A stretch of DNA of 64,000 nt from Pseudovirgaria hyperparasitica (taxonomy: Eukaryota): assembly GCA_010093815.1 (NCBI GenBank), contig ML996583.1; one strand, given 5' to 3'. Positions 62,158 through 64,000 of the stretch are shown one piece after another. Both the position numbers and the translations under genes were made by a program. Each line of letters begins with the position of its first letter. Within the stretch, counting starts at the first letter, position 1. The notes beneath the pieces were generated by a model that was not told where the DNA came from, did no database searches, and saw nothing but the letters and a program-made list of their open reading frames with translations.

Positions 62158-62685
62158 CTAGGCGTAGACATATATGTTTTGCGGACTCGATTCGCCCATC
62201 CAGTGGTCCGCCTGCCGAAGAGCTCGGATTAGAAACTGAGAAATATCAAACCCTCTTACTATCCTAGCCTCCTGAAGCATAGCTATAGCCGCCATTGTCC
62301 AAGTGACATAGTTCTGCTGCGGCGTTGCGTTTTTGACGGGAACCGGTACAGTAGCTAAGATCGCCTGGATCTGATCGTTTGTAATATCGTTAGGCACCTT
62401 TCCTATCAGGACCCTGCCAATAAGATGACCGCTTTGAAGAGGATTAACTCCCTGCTTGGCCGAAATACCCAGTTACGGTCGGGATTTAGGTCTTGCCTTG
62501 CTACTGGATCAAGTACAATCCCATCGGACACATCAATCGCAAAGCAGTCGTGACCGGTCGATTTTTTTCGGTGTGATAAGGATGCTCCAGTGATAAGCAC
62601 TATATTGTAGCTCAACCCGGTTCTGTCCAAGTGATAGTTCGTCACGATGATGGATCGAAACGTAGACTCGACGTTTATCGCTCAT
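62158..62685 (-). pseudogene. Frameshifted small fungal protein gene (YHW...NC-type, DUF6914-like)
   Basis: Reconstructed as MSDKRRVYVSIHHRDELSLGQNR...AYHWSILITPKK / STGHDCFAIDVSDG...NWVFR / GVNPLQSGHLIGRVLIGKVPNDIT...QNYVTW, with frameshifts at the T7 run (62562-62568) and near 62460. Confidence 0.65.
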
Positions 62686-62886
62686 AGTCAATCTGAATTG
62701 TTAGCTCGAGGCTATATACAAGAGAAGCACTGCTTACAGTGTGTTTCGAAGACTAGTTGTTAAGGATACTCGTTGTGCGGGCCGTGTGGACTGTACGTAG
62801 GCTTTCTTGCTGGAGGCTTTCTCGAAATCCCTTCCTACTTATACACCGTGAATGGCGCTGTGCTGATTAGCCTGCCTAGTACCCCA

Positions 62887-63411
62887 AACTTAGTGTTAGC
62901 ATATTCATTGGATAGGAGCCCATGAAAGACGGTACTTATCTCTCCAGCCTCGTAGGAGCTCTCTAAGTAGACTACACTAGGCAGCAGTTAGTATAAACAA
63001 TAGTACGCTGCGCTTATGTGGCACAGTGCCAGCACTTGCTTTTAGACTACTCTTGACATAGATAATTTATTGAATAACGTTGGGATGAGGATTCCGTTCG
63101 AGGAGTTCCAACGCCTTAGCGCTTACCGTATATAGGGTTCAGAACCTCCATTAGTATATAATCATCGACCATGTTCGTGGTGAAAGTGCGAATTCGGGTA
63201 TACTTCCCTTTTGGTCCTTCACCATAAATGGCGCTTAAACTTAGTATTAGCATATTCATTGGACGAGAGGCTATGAAAGAATGTACTTGTTTTTCCAGCT
63301 TCTCAGGCGCTCCTCAACGCCATGCAGTCTATCACCAGGCAGCAGTCAGTACGAACAAAAGTGGGCTGCGCTTATGTAGCACACTTGCTTTCAGCCTGCT
63401 CTTGGCATAGA
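62887..63411 (+). repeat. Diverged direct repeat of about 175 bp (copies at about 62887-63063 and 63237-63411)
   Basis: Shared blocks AAACTTAGTRTTAGCATATTCATTGGA, ATGAAAGA..GTACTT, AGGCAGCAGTYAGTAY, GCTGCGCTTATGT and CACTTGCTTT...CTCTTGRCATAGAT occur in the same order. Confidence 0.85.
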
Positions 63412-64000
63412 TCTTCCATCGATTGTCGGTTTGACTGATTTGGTATGCAGCTTAAGCCGAAGTCACAATTTGGATAAATGGCGTACATAAGCCGCTGCTC
63501 CGCGGCATCAACAGCAAACTTGCAACAACTCTCAAAAATAACTTCCAACATCGTCATGTATGTGCTATCCTTAATTCTCTCCGCTTAACCTAATTCGAGA
63601 TAGGTGTCACAACCGAAGTATCACGGTTATATTGATCGTTAAGGGCAGCCCCAGAGACTCTATGAAGTAGTCATCAGCGACTACAGAAACTCTTAGTATG
63701 TGGGACCGGCTAACAACCCAGCAAATAACGAGACTACAAACTATCCGATCCAGCTTTGCAAGCATATTGGGCGCAACATCGGGCCACTGGTCAAGAGATT
63801 GCTCGTAGCAGCTATTGATCTATCACCTTGGCGCAGTCGATCATGCTTCCTTATCGTGCTGCTGTGATGAAGTCTTCTATCCTGCGTCTCTAGTAACGAC
63901 TAAGCTTTCTCTAATGAGCATATAAGAGCCTAGATCTATGAGATTCCATATGTCGTTCGCATGAATTATGGTATTACTGGGTTTCATATCGTTATATGCA

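Overview
Gene-dense, intron-containing genomic DNA from a filamentous ascomycete (Pezizomycotina, probably a Dothideomycete; this is inferred from gene content, GTRNGT/CTRAC/YAG intron signals and RIP-like decay). Positions 1-57.7 kb hold about 21 mostly conserved genes: nuclear FKBP Fpr4, Rev1, adenylate cyclase, an ER-type FKBP fused to a STIMATE/TMEM110-like membrane domain, an Srp1-like SR protein, Nab2, Hem14, Cmr1, an Mtf2-like protein, an acyltransferase, a kelch membrane protein, Med4, Ncs1/frequenin, a chromodomain plus Reb1-type Myb protein, Zim17, Cul3, a GH128, an F-box-like protein and allantoicase. An intron-containing tRNA-Glu(CUC) ends this block. Just past it the sequence becomes an AT/TpA-rich decayed accessory zone with a RIP-like relic gene, a frameshifted APH-like kinase, a doubly frameshifted pseudogene and a diverged direct repeat. 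The most notable observations are the chromo-Myb fusion, an in-frame ORF inside NCS1 intron 1 (possible non-myristoylated isoform), the FKBP-STIMATE fusion, a recurrent C-to-G skew flip near gene 3' ends, and frequent AAG splice acceptors. All family calls come from motif recognition by eye; no searches were run.
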